Below are positions 51,650 through 64,000 of a stretch of 64,000 nt of DNA, piece by piece (positions within the stretch are counted from its first letter, which is position 1; each line of letters begins with the position of its first letter). The position numbers and the translations under genes were made by a program. Origin of the DNA: Eledone cirrhosa. Taxonomy: Eukaryota. The notes below the pieces were generated by a model. The model was not told the DNA's origin. It saw only the letters and a program-made list of their open reading frames with translations, and searched no databases. Location of the stretch: contig OZ024744.1 of NCBI GenBank assembly GCA_964016885.1, positions 80,786,001-80,850,000 on the forward strand, read 5' to 3'.

Positions 51650-53420
51650 GAGAGAGAGAGAGCTACTGTGCTGGTAAGTAAACAGGTAGTTAATCAAAGG
51701 GGCGTTACATTAGAACTTAACAGCAAAGTTGCACGTGAAAACAACAAAATATATTGGACAACCAAACAAATGCATCTATCTTTCATGTGCAACTTTGATA
51801 ATTACTACTACTACTACTACTAGTACTGTAACACTACATGTTCTTTCTTTGATTACCTACCTATGTGCTTACCAGCACGACTACCCTCCCCCTCTCTTCT
51901 CCACCTTCACCCTCCCTTATTGTGCTAGCAATATCAAATGTGAATAGAAGAGACAAACAAACCAACACAGACGCGTGTGTGTATGTGTGTGTTATAAGTT
52001 CTCCATGACATGACATGACAGAGAAGTTTAAAACCGGTTGTCTTCAATGTCTCTTGTATGCTGGTGACAGTCCAGTTCAGTTCAATCTGTAGAATATCTA
52101 CAACAGAAATTCCAGATATGGAAACAAATTCTAGAATCAAAACGACTCAGAGTAAACCATAACCCTTTAGCATTTAAACTGGCCATAATGTATTGTTCTC
52201 TAAATAATATCAATATTAGAATTCTCTCACCTCTTTCTGTTCAAACTGGCTGAAACCAGCCCCTCATGTTGATGTTAACCCTTTAGCATTTACATTACTC
52301 TATATATACTATTGTATTTTTGCAGTAAAGGCTTTATCTCACATAACATTGAATCTATGAGATTTTGATGTTATTTATTTTGAGAACAATGCCTTAACAT
52401 CAGTATGCGTGGCTATTTATGGCCGGTTTGAATAGAAAGAGGTGAGAGAATTTAGGCCAGATATGGCTGGTTTAAATGTTAAAGGGTTAAGGTATTGTTC
52501 TCTAAATAATATCAAAATCTCATAAATTCAATATTATATGAGATAATTATGTATGATAATGCCTTTACTGTGAAAATACAATAGTAAATATAGAATTATG
52601 TAAATGATAAAGGGTTAACAAAAGCCAAGGTTTCAGTAAGTAAAAAAGATATAACTCTGTTGTCATTCAGGAAATATCATAGTTGTAGTTGATATACAGT
52701 AAAGAAGGAAAGATAAACTCCACACTGTGCACTCATTGTAAGATATCGACATAAAAAATGTGAAGTAGTATCACAGGCCAGGCTGATAAAAAAAAAAGTG
52801 AGTGAGAAACAGGGTGGAAAAAGTTCAGGCGACTTATCTCTGTTGGCAATAAAGGATTTCTCTCTCAGAGTGTTGGGTGGATGGAAAACAATCCCTACAT
52901 ATTTCATCTTGCAGCTTACTCTATTTTATAGGACAACGTTTATTCTCTACAAAACATCATCATCATCGTTTAATATCTATCTTCCACGCTAGCATGGATT
53001 AGACAGGTTTGTTCCATTTGAGGCAAGTTTGGTCAAGTGACCGTGTCTCGCTCGTACAGGACTGTTTCTGGTTGGTTTTCTACAGCTAAATGCCTTTCAT
53101 AACGCCGACCACATTTACAGTGTGCGCTGGGAGTTTTTTGCCGTGTCTCCTACACGACCACTTTACAGTGGCCCACAAATTGATTAAGCAAGGATGGCAT
53201 ATGATATAGAAAGAGAGAAAAAGAAAGGGGTGGAGAGAGAGAGAGAGCTACTGTGCTGGTAAGTAAACAGGTAGTTAATCAAAGGGGTGTTACATTAGTA
53301 CTTAACAGCAAAGTTGCACGTGAAAACAACAACAAAACATATTGGACAACCAAACAAATGCATCTATCTTTCATGTGCAACTTTGATAATTACTACTAGT
53401 AGTAGTACTGTAACACTACA
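51650..53420 (+). repeat. ~185-bp direct duplication (51650-51838 and 53235-53420)
   Basis: gagagagctactgtgctggtaagtaaacagg...gtactgtaacactaca occurs twice with few differences. Confidence 0.9.
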
Positions 53421-53519
53421 ACCAAACAAGCAGAAGCAGAATTGATATGGCTCAGCACAGTGCATTTGATAAGATTGCAGCTAGTAGCTAGTACTGTGTT
53501 GAATAAACCATTTTTATTA

Positions 53520-53900
53520 TAGACTCACGGATATACCATAGGCAAATAAAATGTGGTCTGGTAAATAAATATATACATATACACCAGGTCCGAATACAAT
53601 AGAAGCAAACTCCCACTGTCACGGCCTCCGTCTCTCCCACTCTCCCTATCTCTCACTATTATGAGCAAATGGGAGCTCATGCGCTGGCTGCCCTGGCAAA
53701 CAGAATAGAGGTGTTTCCTCGGAGGATGGTGAGGGAGATGCATTGGAAGAACCATTCCAGCTCGCGAGGCTCATACCTGCAGGTAACCAACTCCGTGCCA
53801 ATAGTGGTGAGAAGGAACGTGGCCCTAGGGTCAAGGACAATAGAAGTCCTCTATTGCAATGGGCCTGACCTCAAACCTATCGGAGAGCAACCGATATTTG
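53520..53900 (-). mobile_element. 3' fragment of a CRE-like (restriction-like endonuclease) non-LTR retrotransposon
   Basis: With one frameshift, the minus strand 53899-53677 reads KYRLLSDRFEVRPIAIE/TSIVLDPRATFLLTTIG...EPRELEWFFQCISLTILRGNTS. This fits the KY..L...F.P.AIET.G...FQR.S....RGN C-terminus of CRE-clade proteins. Confidence 0.7.
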
Positions 53901-54000
53901 GAGAGATTGTATAGTGCTTTTGTATGAACAGTATTGTTGCATGGTTGCAAGACATGGGTCCTGAATGCAGGGGTTTTTGTGATGGCTAGAACAAAACCAA

Positions 54001-54050
54001 ACAATCATGCACACCTACATTACATATGTAATGTAGGTGTGCATGATTGT
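54001..54050. repeat. Perfect 50-bp spacerless palindrome
   Basis: acaatcatgcacacctacattacat|atgtaatgtaggtgtgcatgattgt. Confidence 0.95.
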
Positions 54051-54273
54051 CATTTGAATTGGCAGTATCGGTAGAGGGTCAGACGCCATGCTTTCCAGCA
54101 TAGTTACGTCCCTTTACGATTTGAGTTCAAATCCCGCCGAGGTTGACTTTGCCTTTCATCCTTACGGGGTCGATAAAATAAAGTACCAGTAATGCACTGG
54201 GTAATTGCTGGCCTTGTGCCTAAAGTAGAAACAATTATCATCATAATTTAACGTCCATTTTCCACGCTAGCAT

Positions 54274-55657
54274 GAAGAAATAAAACAGCTTAATATCACA
54301 TGGGAAGAGAGAGGTGGCTATGTACCGTACCAGGATGATTGGCGACTTATTGTCTGATATAAGAACGAGTGAATGAGAGGAACTAAGTACTAAGTGAGTA
54401 TCTAGTATGAGCTTTGTAGGGTTTATTAGTTTAGTTGGGGTAGTTATTGTTGATTTATATAGTGTGGACTGTATAACAGAAATTAGATTATAGAGCTAGA
54501 TTTAAGATACAGTATGCAAGAGAGAAAGCAGTAGTAGCATGGAAGGTGACAGTTGTATTTAGAAGTGATGAGCACTTGAAGTAGAGAGAACCTGTGGACG
54601 AGGGTGACAAAGTAGAGATGGCTGACCTCAAAAAGGTGAACCTCATGAAGAAGAGAGAGGGCCATGATAACTAGAGTCATACTGTGCCGGTGAGGAAGAC
54701 TCATCTACCAGCGCAAGCGTGGCGAAAAGGTCGTTTAAGGTAGAGATGGAAACTAGATGTATCAGGCCTCTCACCAACGACACCCATCCTAAATCTCTTC
54801 TCTATATACTGTCTCATGCGCTACCCTCCAAGGTATCATGTCGAATTCCCAGTGTAGGGAGGGTATCCTGTCTATATTCAATCCCCTATTATCTCTGTCA
54901 AACCCTCATATCATGTGAGAGCAGTCCAAACTATGCACAAGGATGCTGTCAGTAAAGCGAGAGTTGGCAATGAGTTTAGTGAAAAATTTAGTATGGAAGT
55001 AATTGTTCAACAAGGCTCAGGCTTCAGCTCATGCATGGCCATTGTGGAGAATCTTAAGACCAGATGGACACGGAGACTCCTGTAGATGGCTTGAGTATAA
55101 AAGGAATCAAATATTGTCATGAATGTGTGAAAGATAGATATTAAATGGTAATGATGATGATAATGGTGTTAATATTGAAATAATTTTAGTAGATCTCCCA
55201 AAAATGTTCATCAATTGATTAAAATTGAGAGTATTTCATTAGAAATATGGTTATGAAAAGGCTCACCCTTTTAATTACCAACCAAGCCCAAACCAGCTCA
55301 GGTCCTTGAAACAAAAGAAGCACTCATTTTAAAGAGTTATTTAAATTAAAATCTTCGAACATAATTTTCTAAGAAGTTACTATCTTAGGAATGAAATAAT
55401 TTTAGTAAATCCCTCAAAACCTTTCATTAATTAGTTGAAATATAGTGAATATTTCATTAGAAATAGAGTCACAGAAGAAATAAAACAGCTTAATATCACA
55501 TGGGAAGAGAGAGGTGGCTATGTACCGTACCAGGATGATTGGCGACTTATTGTCTGATATAAGAACGAGTGAATGAGAGGAACTAAGTACTAAGTGAGTA
55601 TCTAGTATGAGCTTTGTAGGGTTTATTAGTTTAGTTGGGGTAGTTATTGTTGATTTA
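54274..55657 (+). repeat. 184-bp direct duplication (54274-54457 and 55474-55657)
   Basis: Identical by eye, offset exactly 1200 bp. Confidence 0.9.
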
Positions 55658-57324
55658 CTTTGGAAGGGAATCTCCTGTGGCAACAATCTGTGCACAATAT
55701 CTAAAAAGAGCAAAAAAAAATAAAATTGCACTCCAAGAAGACCCTACACTCTTTTTAACTCATAACATTCCGTACTATATAAGAAGCCACCTTAGCAAGA
55801 CATTCTTGGAAAGTATAAAACAACACTATGACTGCATCACATTAAATATTAAGGTATTTACTTTATTTTACTGCAAATTTTCATGCCAACCTGTCTACTA
55901 GTAAAGATACTATAAACATTTGAATTAACAAACCACATTAGCAAGACATTCTTGAAATGTTATAAAGCAACACTGACAGTACCACATTGAATATTAAAGT
56001 CTTCACCCTAATACTGCAAGTTTACACACCAATCTTTCCTGGGACATTTGAACTTCATGCCCATAGTATCAGAGCTGTGATCTCCCAATTTGGAGAAGTA
56101 GCGGCTCTACCTGGAGTAACTCTCTGATCTCCGAGCTACACACTTTATCAAGTAACATTACTCTATAGACTCTTTGAAGGAATCCCATTTCAGCCGCTTG
56201 TATTTATGATCATATTCTTTCAGTCATTGCACAAGATTCATGACCATAGGTAAGGGTTGGCATGAAAACCGAATTGAAGATAGCGAGTTAACATATATTA
56301 GGAAGGGCATCCAGCTGTAAAAACCAAACCCAAAACGGAAAATATGAGGAAGATGTCGTCACCTGACCTGTCTGACATCAGAACATGACAACTGGTTTAA
56401 CCCTTTAGCATTTAAACTGGCCATATCCTGCCAGAATTCTCTCTCTTCATTCTGTTCAAACCAGCTGTAACCAGCCGCTCATACTGATGTTAAGGTAATG
56501 TTCTCAAAATAAATATCAAAATCTTATAGATTCAATATTATGTGAGGTAAAACCTTTACCACAACAATACAATGTAAATCATCATCATCATCATTTTACG
56601 TCCGCTTTTCCCTGCTTGCAAGGGTGGGACGGGAACTGATTCTGGCTTGATTTCTACAGCTGGATGCCCTTCCTAACACCAACCTCATTTACAGTGAGTG
56701 CTGGGTGCTTTTTTGCCGTGGCGCCTACACGACCACTTTGCAGTGGAATGATAGGGACCCCAGTCCCTATCATCTCATTTCTACAGCTGAGTAAACTTGG
56801 ACAATGTGAAATATAGAGTAATGTAAATGCTAAAGTGTTAACATATGTAAATATGGGCAATAGATGTTAAACGGTGATGACAATGATAATGAAGAAAATA
56901 TATTACTTTTAAATTTCTTCAAGTTGTTTAGCATGAAAATATTTTAAGATTAAGACTATAAAATTGACCCCAAAGAACCACTCTTTGACAACCAGCAACC
57001 TTCAAGTGATTGAATTCTTCATTGTTTGGTGTTTGTGCCTTCAATTCACATTCGATAATACTACTGGTAACATTTGGTTATGTCCTACATGAATAAAGTC
57101 TTGATGCTCTAAGGTTTGAACTTATGTAGATCAGTCAGTACCTTACTTTTAAAAAAATACAAGGGTTGACATCAGGAAAAGTATCTTTTCCCTAGAATAT
57201 GGCCTCAAAACTCTCTTCCATTCATGAAAAACAGATGTAAAAGCAATTGATGATAATTATAACATCATCTTCCTTATCAACATTTTACAGCTGTTTTTCC
57301 TTGCTTGCATGGCTTTGTATATAT

Positions 57325-58790
57325 ATAAATTGATTAGAAGCAGAATAGTAGATGAGAAGCAGTTTGGATTTGTGCCAAGGAGAGGTACTACCGATGCCAT
57401 TTTCCTAATAACAAAACAACAAGAGAAGTATTTAACTTGTAATAAACCTCTTTTGTTAGCATTCATCAATCTGGAGAAGGCCTTTGACATGGGGTCCCAC
57501 ACTATGATTTGGTGAGTACTAAGGAAGTGCTAGGGGTAAATGAATGGCTTGCAAGGGCTGTACGGGTCATACACAGAGGTACAGAGCACAGACATCAAGT
57601 TAAGTCAGGAATGAATATAGTAATGAATTTATCATGTTAGTAGTGGTCCATTATAATTCAGTCATATTATTTATAATAATCCTCCAAGCCACTAACCCTT
57701 TAGCATTTAAACAGCCTTATCTGGCCAGAATCCTCTCACCTCTTTCTGTTCAAAACAACCCCAACAGGCTCCTCATACTGACATTAAGGTATTGTTCTCA
57801 AAATAAATAATATAAAAATCTCATAGATTCAATATTATGTGAGATAATTACGTCAGATAAAGTCTTTACTGCGAAAGTACAATAGTAAATGTAGAGTAAT
57901 GTAAATGGTAAAAGGTTAAAGAGGAGTTTAAAATTGGCTATCCATGGGAAGTCTTTTATGCAGATGACCTAGTTCTTATAGCTGAATCTTTGAAGAGGAA
58001 ATTCCAGGTATGGAAGCAAAACCTGGAATCAAAATGCCTCGGCGTAAATTTTGGAAAGACTGGCGTTCTAATAAAATTCTGGTACCATCAGGGGAAATGG
58101 CTGTACTTGATATGCTAAAAAGGAGTAAGTAAATATTACATACTGTGAACCCAATGTAACCTATGGACACACCAGAGGTGTAATAGAAATACAGGTAGAT
58201 TGAGAGAAAATGTATAGTTCATATGTGGCAGATACATAAAAGTATAATACACACAAAAATAAATTTCCTTCAAATGCTCAGCAGGTGCACTGTAGGTTGT
58301 TGATTACTTCTGCTACCTGGGAGATTTCATCAGTGGTGGAGGGAGGTGTATGGAAGAATAGTAGCAAGAACAAAATCAGAGTGGAAAAAGTTCAGGGAAC
58401 TGATAACAAAAGACTTTTTCACTCGGAGTGAAGGCCTGACTGCATGAAGCTTGCATACGAACTAAGATGCTGGATGGGCACTATGGCAGCTGGAAAGAAA
58501 TTAGGTGAGCATGTTCCATTGGGTGTGTAATGTTAGTAGAGAGTATGAACATTTGAGTACAGATGAGTTGAGAGAAAAATTGGGTACAAGAGAAACCAAA
58601 TATAATACACAAGAGAGAAGGCTGTGCTGGTATGGACATGTGATGTATATGGTGGTTGTTAATTCTATAGTATAAAGAAGTGCCTATAGTATAAAGTTCT
58701 ATAGTATAAAGAAGTTCTATAGTATAAAGAAATGGAGCCTGTTGAAGAGGAGAACCTAGGAAGGTATTAGACAATGTGGTGCTAGAGAAG
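57325..58790 (+). mobile_element. Highly decayed RTE LINE (family D), interrupted by a TTAA MITE
   Basis: Relics DEKQFGFVP, FINLEKAFD, PWEVFYADDL, FCYLG and WYGHV occur in the expected order. Confidence 0.85.
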
Positions 58791-58820
58791 ACTAGCCTAC
58801 TGGTACAAGCAAGGTGCTCA

Positions 58821-58851
<31 letters not shown>

Positions 58852-59595
58852 GAATAGTTGAAATTTTATTGAAAATCATTGATAAAAAATATATTGAATA
58901 TGAAAGTAAGGAGAAGGGGGAGAGAGAGGCAGTCTCTAGACCCATATCCGATATATTTCACTCAGATCTCCATGAACAAGATGGTAAATCATCGCCATGG
59001 AGAACTGCAAGTGACACCCACTGCATCAGCTACTCCACCTCATGAGGATCCTTTTTTTTTTTAGAAGGAAAACAAGACTCCATTTTAACAATGAAATCTG
59101 CAGTTCGGGGACAGAGAAAATCCTGGAAGTCTTGATTCCAAACAAGACACAACAAAAGACATTTGAGCCTTGATGAACTTATTTTTCCCAGGTAGATTAG
59201 ACCCAGATCATCCAATGTGTCCTTTTCCAATTTGAGAGAGATATGGCTGCTATTTGTAGCTGGTCAAAAGATCTCGTTATTAAGTAAATGCAGTAGGTGT
59301 GGACTTATGTCAAATTCATGGCAGCAACAAGCGTATTTGATCTTAGATCCCTCTCAACAAAGCCTATTCTCTTCACAAGAAGGCTAGTCTTCAGAATATG
59401 GGATTAAAATATATATATATATATATAGTATTAAGGGTACTATTTATGGTTATGTATGTAATAAAACCTTTAATGGTAATATATTATATATACAAACCTT
59501 AAATAGTGAAAGATAGTCATTAATTACTATCCTATTACCAGTAAGATAAATAGCTCAATGTAATAACATCAGTTGTTTTACAGAGCAGTTATATA

Positions 59596-60706
59596 GAGAT
59601 TACAATAATCAAAGTTCAGTTTAAGTCATTTATTTGCTTACAATTGTTTCCTCCAAACCGAGGTTTGGATTCTTCGGAGCAACTATTTACTGATCTATAA
59701 CATACTTGACCTCCTTTTCAACCCAAGAGACACATAAAACATATGCGCATATTGATCAACAGTGGGGTGACACTCATCAAATGATATAGCATGGCAATTT
59801 ACATGTAAAGGTTACAGGATAAAAATAAAAATAAAAATAAAAGCAAGAATGAAAATAAAGATAAACATGAAGCGTTGGCAGTCTATGAAGATAAAGCAAT
59901 CTCACGTGTAGCATGCACGCGTGTCTTATTTATACATGATTAGAGTGCGTCAGAATGATATTTGCAGGGTCAGGCAGTTGAAGCAGGCAATCGATCTTAT
60001 TATGTGGGCTGAATTATTAAGTCATTTATTCTCATACATCTGTATGATATACAGTCTCGGATGCAGGGAAACACCAAAATATCAGAAACTTTCAACATAC
60101 TATAAACCTTATTGTATCGTAGGCAAAGCCGTACCACTGTCTTCGCTCACACCACCACTCACATAATCCATGAGACGCAATATATAGAACACGTGTCTAT
60201 CGTATAATTCGCGATGGTTCAGCATATAATCAAGTTATAAACCGTATCCAGTCGGTTCTTAATATCATACAGATGTATGAGAATAAATGACTTAATAATT
60301 CAGCCCACATAATAAGATCGATTGTCTGCTTCAACTGCCTGACTCTGCAAATATCATTCTGACGCACTCTAATCATGTATAAATAAGACACGCGTGCATG
60401 CTACACGTGAGATTGCTTTATCTTCATAGACTGCCAACGCTTCATGTTTATCTTTATTTTCATTCTTGCTTTTATTTTTATTTTTATCCTGTAACCTTTA
60501 CATGTAAATTGCCATGCTATATCATTTGATGAGTGTCACCCCACTGTTGATCAATATGCGCATATGTTTTATGTGTCTCTTGGGTTGAAAAGGAGGTCAA
60601 GTATGTTATAGATCAGTAAATAGTTGCTCCGAAGAATCCAAACCTCGGTTTGGAGGAAACAATTGTAAGCAAATAAATGACTTAAACTGAACTTTGATTA
60701 TTGTAA

Positions 60707-60710
<4 letters not shown>
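59596..60710. mobile_element. Foldback element with ~450-bp TIRs (Sola-like termini)
   Basis: 59596-60050 is the reverse complement of 60262-60710, with a few substitutions and one 6-bp indel. Termini GAG...CTC are flanked by TATA. Confidence 0.8.
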
Positions 60711-60741
<31 letters not shown>

Positions 60742-60959
60742 ACACTGTGAATGTGGTTGGTGTCAGGAAGGGCATCCAGCTGTAAAAATCCTGGCCAAAT
60801 TTTACAGTTCCGTCAGAACAAGGTATGGTATGGCCAATCTGGCCAGGCTTGTCTCGTGTTGTACACAACCCGTCTAACCCATGCAAGCATGGAAAATGGA
60901 GATTAAACAGTGTGATGATAATGACACACACACAAACACACATTATTAATGGATGGGTT

Positions 60960-62290
60960 TCTGAAGGGGATTGGAAAAAACTAGTTAAATAAGGTATTCA
61001 ATACATTAGTAGAGAAGAAGCATATTTATTTTATATAGAAATGACTTGTACAAGACTAGAACTCTTTCATTTGCATGAAATCATCAGGGATGTCTGATAA
61101 AATAATGAATTTGACCAACTTTATCTGACATATCTGATGATTTTATAGTCCATTATATATCTATAATAGTAGAACACTGGAGGGTTATATCCGTAGTAGT
61201 AGAGCACTCAGTCCATGGGATGAGTTTGGTAGAAGTAGTTCCACAACTGTTAGTTAACCATACCGAGAACGAATGTTTCACCTTATGCGGATCCTCAGCT
61301 CGGTCTGACGAAAGGAATTATGTGTTGATTACATGTGTCAACAAAGAGTAATAGTGAAATAGACCGAAGGGAGTCTTCTGTAAAATCTTTGATTATACAA
61401 GTAGAGTTTCACATCTGAATATGACAAACAGGAAAAAAAAAAAACTTCCACAAAATGAAACTATCCTCACAAATTCATGACTGGAACCTCATTTGGCAGT
61501 GTTCAGATATAAGGAAACAAGCAAGGGAGAAAACTGCTATAGTCTGAGAGAAAACAAAATGTTTTTGAACATTTTAAGACAATGAATGCAAGTAGGAGTG
61601 GACCAGTCTTTGTGCCAATTTGATGAAAGCAATGGACATGTTTTGATCCTATTAGATCTCCTCAGTAAAGCATATTAACTTAGTAAATTTTCTAGATTGT
61701 TGATGTGTGTGTATGTGAGTGAGTGAGTGTGTGTATAAAGGAAGGAATTATGTGAAGGAAATAATTTGCATGGAGTGTATACACACAAAAAAGAATTTCA
61801 TTCTGAATATGACGAGTGGAGAAAATAAAAACAAAATAGACTCAAATAAGACTATCCTCGTAATTTCAAGACCGAAACTCCCATTGGAGGTTATTTGAAT
61901 CATGAGAAGCAAGTAATAGAGAGAGAGAGAACCGGGAAAGACTGAGCAGATCCAACAGAATTTAGGAACAATAAATTCGGTGAGAGTGGAACTTGTCTTT
62001 ATGTCAAATTCGAATGAAAGCAGCGAGCATGTTTTGATTTTATTAGCTGATGCATGTTAACTTAAGTTGGTTTGACTAGAAAAAGAGGAATATATATATG
62101 AAATATAGAAATGGCTTCTACAGGACTATAACTTTTTCATTCGGAGGAAATCATCAGGGCTTTCCTGATAATTTCCTCCGAATGAAACGGTTCTAGTCCT
62201 GTAGAAGTCATTTCTATATTAAATATTTACACTCTGCTATATATTGAGTACCTTACTTACTGTGGTTACCCCCGATTGAACCCCGGATCA
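60960..62290. mobile_element. Possible Penelope-like/retrozyme remnant with inverted terminal units carrying hammerhead-like cores
   Basis: The unit cCTGATGAtttc..gaatGAAAc..ttctagtcctGTAgaagtcatttctata occurs at 61030-61090(-), 62105-62159(-) and 62161-62220(+). A diverged ~430-bp tandem pair lies between them. Confidence 0.45.
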
Positions 62291-62705
62291 CATATATTTA
62301 TATTTGTAGTGAGGTTGCTTGGATGCATCCATAGGTGGTATGCCAGTTGAGCACTCTATGCTCCTTCAGAGCAGAGTATAATAATAATATGGAAAACGAA
62401 GAATCAGTGATGCATCGGAACACAATTTATTAACGTATTACAATTGTTTCTCCCACGAACAGCTCGAGGTGCGATCTGTTTGTGGATCAAACCTGACTCT
62501 GGATTCGCAAGTTCCTCAGATACGTCTAGTGACTTCAAAGCAAATCCTCTGTCTGAACAGACAGAGGATCGCACCTTGAACATAATACAAACACACACAT
62601 GGTGTCCCAAAAAATGTATACACACTTAAACCGCATTCTAATAAATATTGTCTGTACAGGTAATCAAAATGTGTATACATTTTTTTTTGGGGGGGGGGGG
62701 GGGGC

Positions 62706-62748
<43 letters not shown>

Positions 62749-62828
62749 GAGAGAGAAAGATATGCGGTGTGTGTGTGTCTGTATAGTAGTTGTGAACGAC
62801 CAGCACCACAAACTTTCTTCGATACATT

Positions 62829-64000
62829 TTCATCATCATCATCATCATCATCACCGTTTTACGTCCGTTCTTCCACGCTAGCATGGGTTAGACGGGTTGT
62901 CCTGTTGTGGGCAGTGTCTGGTCGGCTGACCATGCCTTGCTCATACAGGAACTGATCTGGCTTGATTTCTACAGCTGGATGCCCTTCCTAACACCAACCT
63001 CATTTACAGTGAGTGCTGGGTGCTTTTTCGTGGCGCCTACACGTCCACTTTACAGTGTGGGCTGGGTGCTTTTTTGCCGTGGCACCTCCACGACCACCTT
63101 GCGGTGGGGGGGGGGGGGGGCATATTGTTTATATGCTTCAGCATGTACCCATGGGAGGTCGGGTACCCTGTATTACTGCGTGACGCCAGAAGTCACGGTC
63201 GTGTGTCATTGACTTTGAGAGGTGTAGTTGGGTAAGGTCGGCTTTTATCACCTCATCCCAAGTCATCTTGGGTCTCCCCACTCCGCGGTTTCCATCAACT
63301 TCTAGTGCTCTGCACCTTTTTATGCAGCTGTCATCCTTCATACGCATCACATGTCCATACCAGCGTAACCGCCTCTCCTGCACGCAGCATTTGATTCCTC
63401 TTATGCTCAGTCTCTCTCTCAATTCATTTATGCTTTGTCGTTCACGTATATTACTGTTACACATCCATCGGAGCATGCAGGCTTCGTTTCTCTCTAATCT
63501 ACGTAAGTCTTCCACCTTCAGCGCCCAGGTCTCACTACCATGCAACATCGCTGTTCGGATACACGCATCATACAGTCTGCCTTTCATTCTGAGGGAGAAG
63601 CCTTTTGCAGCTAGCAGTGGTAGTAGTTCCCTAAACTTCTTCCATCCCGTTCTTACCCTAGTTATTGTACTTTCTGAGCACCCACCTCCGTTGCTAATTC
63701 GGTCACCTAGGTAGCAGAAGCTGTCTACTGTTTCTACAGGGCCCTCCCAGAGATTGGTGGTACTTGTTTCCTGTGGCTGTTTGCTTGCTGTTTCAGCACA
63801 GCTGCTGCATGTGAATCCTACATTCTTAATTAAGCTTCCTGAGATCCCGCTACATCTCTTGTGTACCCATTGTTTGCATTTGGGGCAAAGAATGGAGTTC
63901 CTACCTACACCTTTCCTACATACTGAGCAAGGCCATTTCCCTGAGGGGATCTGGGTTCTGTTTTCTCGTCTACTTATAAGGACCTTAGTCTTTGTCATGT
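62829..64000 (-). mobile_element. RTE LINE family A, 3' 1.17 kb (continues beyond window), near-identical to 47987-49160
   Basis: The 286-aa ORF 63138-63998 is identical to the C-terminal part of the 47308-48849 ORF. The 3'UTR differs at only a few positions. Confidence 0.95.

Noticed and set aside
54274-55657. LTR retrotransposon or TRIM suggested by 184-bp direct repeats
   Set aside because: No TG...CA ends, PBS, PPT or TSD, and the interior is a mix of unrelated decayed fragments.
62597-62692. Small Tc1/mariner-like hairpin MITE (cccaaaaaatgtatacac inverted pair)
   Set aside because: The right end is lost in a poly-G run and no TSD is visible, so it is not supportable as a defined element.

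Overview
AT-rich, microsatellite-dense eukaryotic genomic DNA. The SINE and LINE repertoire is most consistent with an octopus/coleoid cephalopod genome (inferred from repeat motifs only). The window is almost entirely intronic. The only well-supported host coding sequence is a 138-bp phase-0 exon on the minus strand (25895-26032) resembling the N-terminal GBD-proximal exon of a Diaphanous-type formin. The rest is a layered transposon landscape. It includes at least four families of RTE-clade LINEs whose reverse transcriptase carries an in-frame C4HC3 PHD finger, including two near-identical young copies in inverted orientation. Also present are Expander/Rex3-like and RTEX-like LINE fragments, a CRE-like RLE retrotransposon fragment, two main tRNA-derived SINE types, TTAA (piggyBac-type) MITEs, hAT MITEs, a decayed mariner, non-autonomous Helitrons, a long-TIR foldback element and several hammerhead-ribozyme-like motifs. 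The most notable observations are the PHD-in-RT architecture and the modular swapping of 3' ends between LINEs and SINEs. A set of long inverted repeats around a frame-preserving exon is also notable. Family labels A-D are mine, identities are judged by eye, and element ends are approximate unless a TSD or TIR is quoted.
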